Origin: Bacillota bacterium
GTDB taxonomy: Bacteria; Bacillota; Sulfobacillia; JACIYH01
DNA: 64,000 nt
Reading direction: 5' to 3'
Assembly (NCBI GenBank): GCA_030019365.1
Contig: JASEFA010000001.1
Location: forward strand, 334,953-398,952
Shown here: one piece after another, positions 56,386-64,000 of the stretch
Layout: each line of letters starts with the position of its first letter
Position numbering within the stretch: the stretch's first letter is position 1
Translations under genes and position numbers: made by a program
The notes under the pieces: model-generated
Told to the model about the DNA's origin: nothing
The model's database searches: none
What the model saw: the letters and a program-made list of their open reading frames with translations, nothing else

Positions 56386-56880
56386 CTAGGCAGGCCGGTA
56401 GCGCCCCGGCTCGTTTTCCTGCCGCTCGCCACCCTCATGCCGCCGACGATCCCGCGTCCGTCCGCCCCCACCCTGGGTCAGCGACCAGACCTGGTCTATC
56501 ACCTGGGGGGCCATGTCGATCAGGCGGTCGTAGAAGGCGCTGCGGTCCACGGGCAGAAGGCGCACATTCCCCTGCCCCACCACCAGGAATCCCACTGGTT
56601 GAACGGTGACGCCCCCCCCGCTCCCGCCGGCGAAAGGAAGGGGTCCTTCCTCTTCTGCCCCGCCTCCCCCGGCTCCGCCCCGCCCGCCGCCCCCCCCGAT
56701 TTCATACTCGCCTCCCCCGGCGGCAAAGCCGAAGCTTACCCGCGACACCGGGACGATGACCGAGCCGTCGGGCGTCTCCACGGCATCGCCCACCACCGTC
56801 CCCACGTTCACCATCTGGCGGATATTCTCCATGGCGGTCTTCATCAGAGTAGCGATGGGATGCTCCGGCACGGCGTCCAA
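56386..56880 (-). CDS. ytfJ: sporulation protein YtfJ (GerW family)
   Basis: 'LMKTAMENIRQMVNVGTVVGDAVETPDGSVIVPVSRVSFGFAAGG' matches the YtfJ signature. A Gly-rich insert follows. Confidence 0.8.
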   Translation of the reverse strand: MDAVPEHPIATLMKTAMENIRQMVNVGTVVGDAVETPDGSVIVPVSRVSFGFAAGGGEYEIGGGGGRGGAGGGGAEEEGPLPFAGGSGGGVTVQPVGFLVVGQGNVRLLPVDRSAFYDRLIDMAPQVIDQVWSLTQGGGGRTRDRRRHEGGERQENEPGRYRPA

Positions 56881-56982
56881 CCCCCTTTGCGCGCGGATGG
56901 CCCACGACGGGACCGCCCGGCGCTCATAGCATGGGCACCGGGCGGGTGCGCTATGCGACCCCCCAGCGCGCAGACTGCCGCC

Positions 56983-57612
56983 TCAATCCATGGCGGACCT
57001 GCCTCGCGGCTCGGGTGATGGCCGATCTTGCGAGCAGCCACGCAGTGGAGCCAGCACCAGCAGACCCGCAGCCAGGATCCGGGCCGGCGGCACCCTCACG
57101 GTGCAGTCGAGAAAGGTGTCCAGGCCCAGGCGGCGGTAGTCGGGATATGCCCGGATGTCCAGGGGTGATAGCGGGCGGGCCCGCGAGGCCGCCAGCCCGG
57201 CCGCCGTCTGCCCCATCTGGATCGCAGTCGCCGCCAGGGCGCACAGCTCCGCATCGGGCAGCCCGACGCGCGTGTGCCAGACCAGGCGGACGACGCGCAG
57301 GTGAGCGGCCAGGTAACGGAGTCCCCTGGCCAGCGCGGGTACCAGCAGGCGGGCCCGGTCCCACGCCCCGCCCGGGAGCGAGAGCCGTCGCGCCAGAAAC
57401 CGGTCCCACGGTACGGCACGCCGCCCGGCGCGGCGCCTCCCGCCGCGGGTGAGCGGGGCGGGAAGGGTCGCAGTCCAGAGCCACTTTCGCCAGACGGCCA
57501 CCCGGGCAGTGACACGAAGGGCACTACCCGGCTTCACCTCTCCCCGCAATTGCAGGCGCAGGGGCCAGGGCAGTACCAGGATGAAGGCGAGGGCCACGAC
57601 GCCCGCTGCCAC
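56983..57612 (-). CDS. YtfI-like DUF2953 sporulation-associated membrane protein
   Basis: TM helix plus 'LRLQLRGEV…VTARVAVWRKWLW' pattern. Position upstream of ytfJ is as in B. subtilis. Start (GTG 57612) uncertain. Confidence 0.45.
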   Translation of the reverse strand: MAAGVVALAFILVLPWPLRLQLRGEVKPGSALRVTARVAVWRKWLWTATLPAPLTRGGRRRAGRRAVPWDRFLARRLSLPGGAWDRARLLVPALARGLRYLAAHLRVVRLVWHTRVGLPDAELCALAATAIQMGQTAAGLAASRARPLSPLDIRAYPDYRRLGLDTFLDCTVRVPPARILAAGLLVLAPLRGCSQDRPSPEPRGRSAMD

Positions 57613-57629
57613 GGCGGACCAGAGAAGGC

Positions 57630-58193
57630 TCAGTCTTTCTCCCCCGGATATATTGCCCAGGTGTCCAGGGGCGGCAACTGCCCCAGGTCTTCCAGACCGA
57701 GCAGGCGGAGGAACTCCGGCGTGGTACTGTAGAGAATGGGGCGCCCCACCGTGTCTTTGCGGCCGACCTCCCGCACCAGCTTGCGCTCGCTCAGGGTGCG
57801 CAGGACGGCATCGCAATCTACCCCGCGCACCGACTCGATGTCCGACCGGGTGAGAGGTTGCATGTACGCCACCACGGCCAGGGTCTCGAGGGCCGCCCGG
57901 GAAAGGGGCTGGGGCTTGGGACGCAGGAGCTTTTCTATGTACGGGGCATATTCCGGCCGGGTGGTTATCTGGTAACCACCTGCCACTCTCTGCACCTGCA
58001 GGGCACTGCCACTCCGGTACCGCTCCTCCAGCAGGGCGAGGGCAGCCTTCACCTGTTCGGGCTCCGCCCCGCTCACCTGGGCCACCTGCTCGGGGCTGAC
58101 AGGCGACGGGGATGCCCACAGCAGCGCCTCGCAGACCGCGGGCAGCTCTTCAGGCGTTGGCGGGCACTGCGCCTGGCCGGCGTCCGTCTGCAC
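57630..58193 (-). CDS. scpB: segregation and condensation protein B
   Basis: Two winged-helix repeats ('LEALLWASPSPVSPEQVAQV', 'ETLAVVAYMQPLTRSDIESVRGV'). Confidence 0.9.
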   Translation of the reverse strand: MQTDAGQAQCPPTPEELPAVCEALLWASPSPVSPEQVAQVSGAEPEQVKAALALLEERYRSGSALQVQRVAGGYQITTRPEYAPYIEKLLRPKPQPLSRAALETLAVVAYMQPLTRSDIESVRGVDCDAVLRTLSERKLVREVGRKDTVGRPILYSTTPEFLRLLGLEDLGQLPPLDTWAIYPGEKD

Positions 58194-58899
58194 CTGGCAT
58201 CCCCCTCCCGGCGGGGAAAACGAGTATCTCCCCGAAAAGTCCCTCCTGGCGCACGGCGATGCGCCTCAGCCGGAGCAGTTCCAGGAGGGCCAGGAAAGTT
58301 ACCACCACCTGCTCCCTCCCCGCTCCGGGAGGCAGCAGGTTCCCGAAGCGAATTCCGGCGGGGCTTCTCCGCAGGCGCCACACGATCTCCCGCATTTTCT
58401 GCCGCACGCTCACCCGTCGCCGGGCCACTTCCATCACCGGTGCCCTCTGTTTGAGCAGGGCCCGCAGCATCTCCAGCAGGCGGCTCACCGCCAGTTCCCC
58501 GGCAGCCACCTCGCCCGCAGGCGTCTTGCCCCCGCGCAGGTAGCACCGCCCCTGCCTGGCCATCAGTTCCTCCAGGTAGGCACCGGCCTGTTTGAACTTG
58601 CGATAGACGACCAGCCGCTCCACCAGGTCCTGGCGGGGGTCCGGTTCCTGCGGCTGCGCGGGCACGGGCGGACGGGGCAGCAGCATGCGGGCCTTTATCT
58701 CCAGCAGGGTGGCTGCCATCACCACGAACTCGGCGGCCGCGTCCACGTCCACGGCTGAGAGCGCGGCCAGGTACTGCAGGTACTGCTCCGCGATTTGGGC
58801 CACCGGGATGTCATACACATCCACCCGGTTGGCTTCCACCAGGTGCAGGAGCAGGTCCAGGGGACCCTCAAACACCGACAGGCGGACCGCATAGTTCAT
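58150..58899 (-). CDS. scpA: segregation and condensation protein A
   Basis: 'FEGPLDLLLHLVEANRVDVYDIPVAQIAEQYLQYL' kleisin N-terminus. Confidence 0.9.
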   Translation of the reverse strand: MNYAVRLSVFEGPLDLLLHLVEANRVDVYDIPVAQIAEQYLQYLAALSAVDVDAAAEFVVMAATLLEIKARMLLPRPPVPAQPQEPDPRQDLVERLVVYRKFKQAGAYLEELMARQGRCYLRGGKTPAGEVAAGELAVSRLLEMLRALLKQRAPVMEVARRRVSVRQKMREIVWRLRRSPAGIRFGNLLPPGAGREQVVVTFLALLELLRLRRIAVRQEGLFGEILVFPAGRGMPGADGRRPGAVPANA

Positions 58900-58932
58900 G
58901 GATGACCATATCCCGCCCTGGTACCGCCCGTT

Positions 58933-59913
58933 TCACAGGCGGAAGATTCCCACCGCCCGGCGCGCTTCCTCCAGAGTGGCCTTCGCCACCTGGCGCGCCC
59001 GGTCGCGTCCGGCCAGCAGGATTTCCCTCACTTCCTCGGGCCGCTGCTCCAGGGACCGGCGCCGCTCCTGAATCGGTGCCAGCCACTCCACCAGGGCATC
59101 ACCCAGCATCTGCTTGCACTCCACGCACCCGCGGGCGGCCCTACGACACGCCTCGGCGCGCTCGTCCTGCACCTGGGGGGCAAAGACCCGGTAAAACATG
59201 TGCACGGAGCACTCCTCCGGGTGCCCGGGATCCCGGCGGTAGACGCGGGTGGGGTCGGTGACCATCTGGGCCACCTTGCGCCGGATTTCCTCGGGGGGAT
59301 CGGCGATGTTGATCTGGTTGCCGTACGACTTGGACATCTTGCGCCCGTCGATGCCCGGCAGGATCTTGACCACGTTCAGGAGGGCCTGGGGCTCCGGGAA
59401 TACGGGGCCGTACAGGTAGTTGAAGCGACGGGCGATCTCCCGCGTCAGCTCCACGTGGGGGACCTGATCCTCCCCCACCGGCACCCCGTCCGCCCTGTAT
59501 ATCAGGATGTCGGCTGCCTGCAGCACCGGGTACCCCAGAAAGCCGTGGGTGGAGAGATCCCGGTCCGGCATCTCCTGCATTTGCTGCTTGTAGGTGGGCA
59601 CCCGCTCCAGCCATCCGACGGGGGTGATCATGGACAGGAGAAGCTGCAACTCCGCGTGCTCGGACACCTGGGACTGGACGAAGATGACGGACCGGGCCGG
59701 GTCGAGACCGGCGGCCAGGTAGTCCATCACCACCTCCCACACGTTATCCGCCAGCTCGGAGGTGTCGGCGTACCCGGTGGTGAGGGCGTGCCAGTCGGCC
59801 ACCAGGAAGTAGCACTCGTGCTCCTCCTGCAGTCGCAGCCAGTTCTGCAGGGCCCCCACCAGGTTACCGAGATGCAGCTTGCCTGTAGGACGCATTCCAC
59901 TCAATATACGCAA
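58933..59913 (-). CDS. trpS: tryptophan--tRNA ligase
   Basis: 'PTGKLHLGN' (HIGH) and 'KMSKS'. 326 aa. Confidence 0.9.
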   Translation of the reverse strand: MRILSGMRPTGKLHLGNLVGALQNWLRLQEEHECYFLVADWHALTTGYADTSELADNVWEVVMDYLAAGLDPARSVIFVQSQVSEHAELQLLLSMITPVGWLERVPTYKQQMQEMPDRDLSTHGFLGYPVLQAADILIYRADGVPVGEDQVPHVELTREIARRFNYLYGPVFPEPQALLNVVKILPGIDGRKMSKSYGNQINIADPPEEIRRKVAQMVTDPTRVYRRDPGHPEECSVHMFYRVFAPQVQDERAEACRRAARGCVECKQMLGDALVEWLAPIQERRRSLEQRPEEVREILLAGRDRARQVAKATLEEARRAVGIFRL

Positions 59914-59973
59914 GGTCAGAACACCTCCGCCGGGTGCCGGGTGGGCGGCCGGGGCACGGCTGGCCCGTGCCGC

Positions 59974-60576
59974 CTACCCCAGCCACCTGGTGGCAAGATC
60001 GAGAAGGCGGTATACGTGAATGGCCAGGGGGCCCAGGATGCGGCCGATGCCGCCCGTGGCCAGGAGCAGGAGCAGGAACACCCATCCGTACCTTTCCACC
60101 GTCTCCACCCAGGAGCCGCGGGTGAACTTCTCCACCACCCTCCAGCCGTCCAGCGGGGGCACCGGCAGCAGATTGAAGACGGCCAGATTGACGTTGTAGC
60201 GCACGAAGGCGGAAAAGAGGATGGTCCCGGCCAGGCCCAGGGAGTATCCCAGTGCCTTGGTGACGGCCACCCCCAGCCAGGCCATGGTCAGGTTGGCAAA
60301 GGGTCCCGCCAGCGCCACCAGCAGCAGCCCGGTACTGCGGTTTCCCCGGAAGAAATAGGGATTGACCTGCACGGGTCGGGCCCAGCCGAAACCCAGCAGC
60401 CACAGGCAGAGAATGCCCACCGGGTCCAGGTGAGCAAGGGGGTTGAGGGTGAGTCGGCCCATCCGGCGCGGGGTGGGGTCGCCCAGGGCGTCTGCGACCA
60501 GGCCGTGGGCGTATTCGTGCCCCACGATGGCCAGGAGCAGGGCAGGCAATCCCACGATGAGGGAGATGTCGAACAA
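59974..60576 (-). CDS. site-2 protease family (M50) membrane metalloprotease
   Basis: 'HEYAH' zinc motif, 'NLLPVPPLDG' and a multi-TM body. Confidence 0.8.
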   Translation of the reverse strand: MFDISLIVGLPALLLAIVGHEYAHGLVADALGDPTPRRMGRLTLNPLAHLDPVGILCLWLLGFGWARPVQVNPYFFRGNRSTGLLLVALAGPFANLTMAWLGVAVTKALGYSLGLAGTILFSAFVRYNVNLAVFNLLPVPPLDGWRVVEKFTRGSWVETVERYGWVFLLLLLATGGIGRILGPLAIHVYRLLDLATRWLG

Positions 60577-60577
60577 C

Positions 60578-60847
60578 TCAGGCCTCCCGGCTTGCCTCCA
60601 GGGCCTTGCGCAGCTCGGATTCGCACACGTAGGCGGCGGTAGGCGGCCTTCCCGTCTGCGCAGGGCCCAGGGGCTCTTCGAAGCGGCGCACCTTGTGCGC
60701 CCGGCAAAGCTGAAGGAGCTGCTTGCGGCGCAAGCCGTAACGGGCGCAAGCTATGTCCATCAGCAGGAACCTCTCCTCGCCCACCAGCTTTTCCTGGTCC
60801 AAGCCCGTCACTCCCCCCGGCTCACTGGGTCCCATAGTATCATACAA
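60578..60847 (-). CDS. hypothetical small protein
   Basis: 89-aa ORF between lysA and the S2P gene. No family recognised. Confidence 0.35.
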   Translation of the reverse strand: MYDTMGPSEPGGVTGLDQEKLVGEERFLLMDIACARYGLRRKQLLQLCRAHKVRRFEEPLGPAQTGRPPTAAYVCESELRKALEASREA

Positions 60848-60915
60848 CGCCCGGCGGAAAAAGACCCCGTCGCCCAGGCGACGGGGTTAGAGGAGGGGTG
60901 TATGGGAAAGACTGT

Positions 60916-62244
60916 TCAGCTGCTGGCGGCGGCGTCGGCAGACATCCACCCGGGCAGCCGGTCGCGCGCCACCACGTCCCGGTACGTCTCGCGGGCCACC
61001 ACCGTTTCCGCCCGCCCCGCCCGCGCGAACACCACCGCCGGCCGGGGCAGGCGGTTGTAATTGGACGCCATGGTGAACTGGTATGCCCCGGCGGTGAAAA
61101 CTGCCAGCACCTCCCCCGCCCGGGGACGGGGCAGGGGGATGTCCCTCACCAGCACGTCTCCCGACTCGCAATTCTTGCCCACGACCCAGAAGCTGCCCGC
61201 CGGCGGTTCCGTGACCCGACCGGCCAGGCTGGCGCGGTACCTGGCCCCGTACAGGGCGGGACGGGGGTTGTCGTGCAGCCCGCCATCGACCACCACATAC
61301 GACCGCCCGGGCACCTGCTTTACCGCCTGCACCGTGTACAGGGCCACGGCCGCCTCGGCCACCACGGCACGGCCCGGTTCCAGTATCAGACGGGGCAGGG
61401 GGACGCCATCCCGCTGGCACGCCTGCCTCAGACGGCAGGCGACCTCGCCCACCACCTCATGGGGGCTTACGGGATCATCTTCCTCGGTGTAGCGTGCACC
61501 CAGGCCACCTCCCAGGTCCAGCTCCCATTCCGGAGCCCAGGGGAATTCCCGCGCCACCCGGATGGCCGCGTCGGCTGCAGCCGAGAAGGGCTCTGCGACA
61601 AGGATCTGAGAGCCCACGTGGCAGGACAGCCCCGCCAGCTCCAGCACGGGCGATTCCCGCGCGGTGCGGACCGCCGCCTCCAGGTCCGAGCCCGGGAGAA
61701 AACCGAACTTGGAATGCATGGTGCCCGTGCTCAGGTGATCGTGGGCACCCGCTTCCACTCCGGGGGCAAAGCGCAGGAGCACCCTGATCCGCCGTCGCCG
61801 CGGCCGGCCCAGGCGTTCCAGGCGAGCCAGCTCCTCGTGATTGTCCACCACGATGTGGCCCACTCCCTCTTCCAGAGCCAGCTCCAGTTCATCCGGGCTC
61901 TTACCGTTGCCCTGGAAGTAGATGCGCGACGCCGGGAACCCCGCGGTCAGCGCTGTCCACAGTTCACCACCCGAGCACACGTCCATCCCCAGGCCCTCTT
62001 CGCGCACCAGGGCAGCCATGGCCACCGTGCTGAAGGCCTTGGCGGCATAGAGGACCTTCCCGCCCGGCCACCACCGGGCCACAGCCCCCTGCCAGGCCCG
62101 GCACCGCCGCCTGATTTCCTCTTCGTCATAAACGTACAAGGGAGTCCCGAAACGGGCAGCCAGATCAAGGGCGTCGCACCCCGCTATCTCCAGACGCCCT
62201 CGCCCGTCAATCCCGATCCCGGGCAATGCTTCCCAAAGATACAA
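60916..62244 (-). CDS. lysA: diaminopimelate decarboxylase
   Basis: Fold-type III PLP decarboxylase ('GTPLYVYDEEEI…', 'ESGD' C-domain). TTG start with a GGGGGAGGG SD. Preceded by an L-box. Confidence 0.9.
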   Translation of the reverse strand: MYLWEALPGIGIDGRGRLEIAGCDALDLAARFGTPLYVYDEEEIRRRCRAWQGAVARWWPGGKVLYAAKAFSTVAMAALVREEGLGMDVCSGGELWTALTAGFPASRIYFQGNGKSPDELELALEEGVGHIVVDNHEELARLERLGRPRRRRIRVLLRFAPGVEAGAHDHLSTGTMHSKFGFLPGSDLEAAVRTARESPVLELAGLSCHVGSQILVAEPFSAAADAAIRVAREFPWAPEWELDLGGGLGARYTEEDDPVSPHEVVGEVACRLRQACQRDGVPLPRLILEPGRAVVAEAAVALYTVQAVKQVPGRSYVVVDGGLHDNPRPALYGARYRASLAGRVTEPPAGSFWVVGKNCESGDVLVRDIPLPRPRAGEVLAVFTAGAYQFTMASNYNRLPRPAVVFARAGRAETVVARETYRDVVARDRLPGWMSADAAASS

Positions 62245-62294
62245 GTTGCCCTCCCCCCTTCACGGCAAGGGAGGAAGGCGACCAGGGTCCGGCG

Positions 62295-62492
62295 CCTTGC
62301 TCCCCTGGCGTGAGATAGCGCTCCACCGGGGAGCAGGGGTCTCCACCGGTGACAGTGCTGCACCTATTCGGTGCAACCCCAGCCGCAGGAGGCGGCCTCC
62401 CTGCAGCTTCGGCGACGACCCCTTTCCCGGCGGCTCACGGCCTGCCCGGCTCCCCGCCGGTACTGATGGTCATCGCGCCTCTACCCCACCTC
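62295..62492 (-). promoter_or_regulatory. lysine riboswitch (L-box) in the lysA leader
   Basis: Minus strand contains the L-box conserved blocks 'GUAGAGGCGCGAUGACC', 'GUCGUCGCCGAAGC', 'GCACUGUCACCGG' and 'GGUGGAGCGCUAUCUCACGCC'. A downstream hairpin can pair CCUCC with the lysA SD. Confidence 0.6.
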
Positions 62493-62632
62493 CAGAGGAG
62501 ATGAGGCCGTTACTTGCCCCCCATCATAGCAGAAGCTGCCCCCGCCGTCAACTGCATGATCTTCCACTTGTTCCCTTCCAATGTTATCTTCCGGCTGCCT
62601 TACCTTCCAGTTCTGCTACCGTTTTCCCCGGG

Positions 62633-63970
62633 CTAGCGGCGGCGGGCCGTTTTCTGTTCCCTGGGCTTGAGAATGGAAGGCCGGACGTGGCGGGCCGGCG
62701 TGGGCAGCCGCAGGGTGACCGCCTTGAGGGCGCCCCAGTCCGGGGGTATGAGCGGCCACAGGTAGGGCACCCCGAAGGAGCGACTGAACCCGAGGAACAC
62801 CAGTTGCAGGAGGAAGACCACCGCCACCCCCCACAACCGGAATACGCCGGCGGCTCCCAACAGCAGCAGGCGCATGAGGCGTACCGCCATGGCGAACTCC
62901 ATGCTGGGGGTGGCAAACCCACCCAGTGCAGCCAGGGCCACGTAGAGCACCGTCTCGCTGGTGAGGAGGCCCACTTCGGCGGCAATCTGGCCCAGCAGGA
63001 CGGTGCCGATGAACCCGAGGGCGGTGGACACCGGTTCGGGGGTGTGAATGAGGGCCAGGCGCACCAGATCGAGGACGATTTCGCCGATGAAGAACTGCAG
63101 GGGCAGGGGAACCGTGCCTGCCTTCTTGGGGCCCAGGAGCTGCCACGCCGGGGGAAGCACGTCCTTGCTGAGCACCAGGGCGACCCAGAGCGGCGGGCCA
63201 ACCCAGGCCAGCATGATCCCCATGAACCGCACCAGCCGCAGGTACGTTCCCACGCAAACGTCCTCCCGGTATTCCTCGGCGTGCTGGAGGTGGTGGAAGA
63301 AGGTGACCGGCAGGATCATGGCCGAGGGGGAGGTATCGACGAGGATCACCAGGTGCCCCTCGAACAGGTGGACGGCGGCCACGTCGGGACGCTCGGTGTA
63401 GCGCACCAAGGGGAAGGGGTTCCACCACTGGGAAGGGCGGGACTGCAGGTACTCCTCGATGCTCTTCTCCGCCATGGGGATGGCGTCTACGTGGATCTCC
63501 TTCAACCGGTCCCGCACCTGGGCCACCAGCTTGGGATTAGCCACATCCTGCAGGTAGAGCAGGACCACGTCCGTCTTGGAGCGTCGGCCCACCTGGAACC
63601 GCTCCACCCGCAGGCGGGGGTCGCGGATGCGCCTTCTCACCAGGGCGGTGTTGGACACCAGGGTTTCCACGAAGCCGTCCCGCGAACCCCGCAGGACCCT
63701 CTCCAGCTGGGGCTCCTGGGGCAAGCGGGCGGGATAGGTGCGCACGTCGATGGCGAAGGCGGTGTCCATGCCGTCCACCAGCAGGACGACCGGGCCGCTC
63801 AGCACCTGGTCGATCACGGCACCGTAAGTGGTGACGGCGTTGACCTCAATGTGGGGGATTCCCTCCTGGAAGAGGGAGCGCACGGCGTCCGGAGTGAGAT
63901 CCTCCCGTTGCAGGCGCAGCATGGTGCGCAGGATGTTGGTGAGGATGGTATCGTTGACCAGCCCGTCCAC
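62633..63970 (-). CDS. spore germination protein, GerA/GerKA family A subunit (5' end beyond window)
   Basis: The GerA-family soluble N-domain and C-terminal TM region are recognisable. The start lies past position 64000. Confidence 0.85.
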   Translation of the reverse strand: MDGLVNDTILTNILRTMLRLQREDLTPDAVRSLFQEGIPHIEVNAVTTYGAVIDQVLSGPVVLLVDGMDTAFAIDVRTYPARLPQEPQLERVLRGSRDGFVETLVSNTALVRRRIRDPRLRVERFQVGRRSKTDVVLLYLQDVANPKLVAQVRDRLKEIHVDAIPMAEKSIEEYLQSRPSQWWNPFPLVRYTERPDVAAVHLFEGHLVILVDTSPSAMILPVTFFHHLQHAEEYREDVCVGTYLRLVRFMGIMLAWVGPPLWVALVLSKDVLPPAWQLLGPKKAGTVPLPLQFFIGEIVLDLVRLALIHTPEPVSTALGFIGTVLLGQIAAEVGLLTSETVLYVALAALGGFATPSMEFAMAVRLMRLLLLGAAGVFRLWGVAVVFLLQLVFLGFSRSFGVPYLWPLIPPDWGALKAVTLRLPTPARHVRPSILKPREQKTARRR

Positions 63971-64000
63971 ACCCAGCAGGGCGGCGTCCCGCCCCCCGAT

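Overview
This is a very GC-rich (~70% by eye) chromosomal segment from an endospore-forming Firmicutes-type bacterium. Evidence: spoIVA, spoIIP, two alpha/beta-type SASP genes, spmA/spmB, ytfI/ytfJ, a gerA-family germinant receptor, a PG-binding/LysM polysaccharide deacetylase, and the Clostridia-type IspH–S1 fusion. Genes are densely packed and mostly on the minus strand, with GTGA/ATGA start–stop overlaps. The backbone is housekeeping: cmk–plsC–ispH/rpsA … der–DUF512–spoIVA–hbs, scpAB, trpS, lysA, ndk, surE, aroF, dinB, and a ku–ligase–LigD-pol NHEJ trio. Non-ORF elements I can support are a tRNA-Pro(GGG) hidden inside a called ORF, a T-box leader with terminator upstream of aroF, and an L-box (lysine riboswitch) upstream of lysA. 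There are also in-frame 18- and 42-bp tandem repeats inside three genes and a 22-bp direct-repeat pair upstream of a glycosyltransferase operon. No transposase, integrase or CRISPR array is visible. The most unusual locus is at 42.8–51.8 kb: a cobalamin-dependent aminomutase of the lysine-5,6/ornithine-4,5-aminomutase family with a rearranged domain order, a separate OraS-like small subunit, and a P-loop protein. It sits with a SelA-like PLP enzyme, an FAD oxidoreductase, an FCD regulator and a transporter, and looks like an undescribed diamino-acid catabolic module. A second notable locus (8.6–14.3 kb) carries an APH(3')-like kinase, a second APH/CotS-family kinase and an AadA-like nucleotidyltransferase around a T-box-controlled aroF. 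Derived start coordinates may be off by a few nucleotides.
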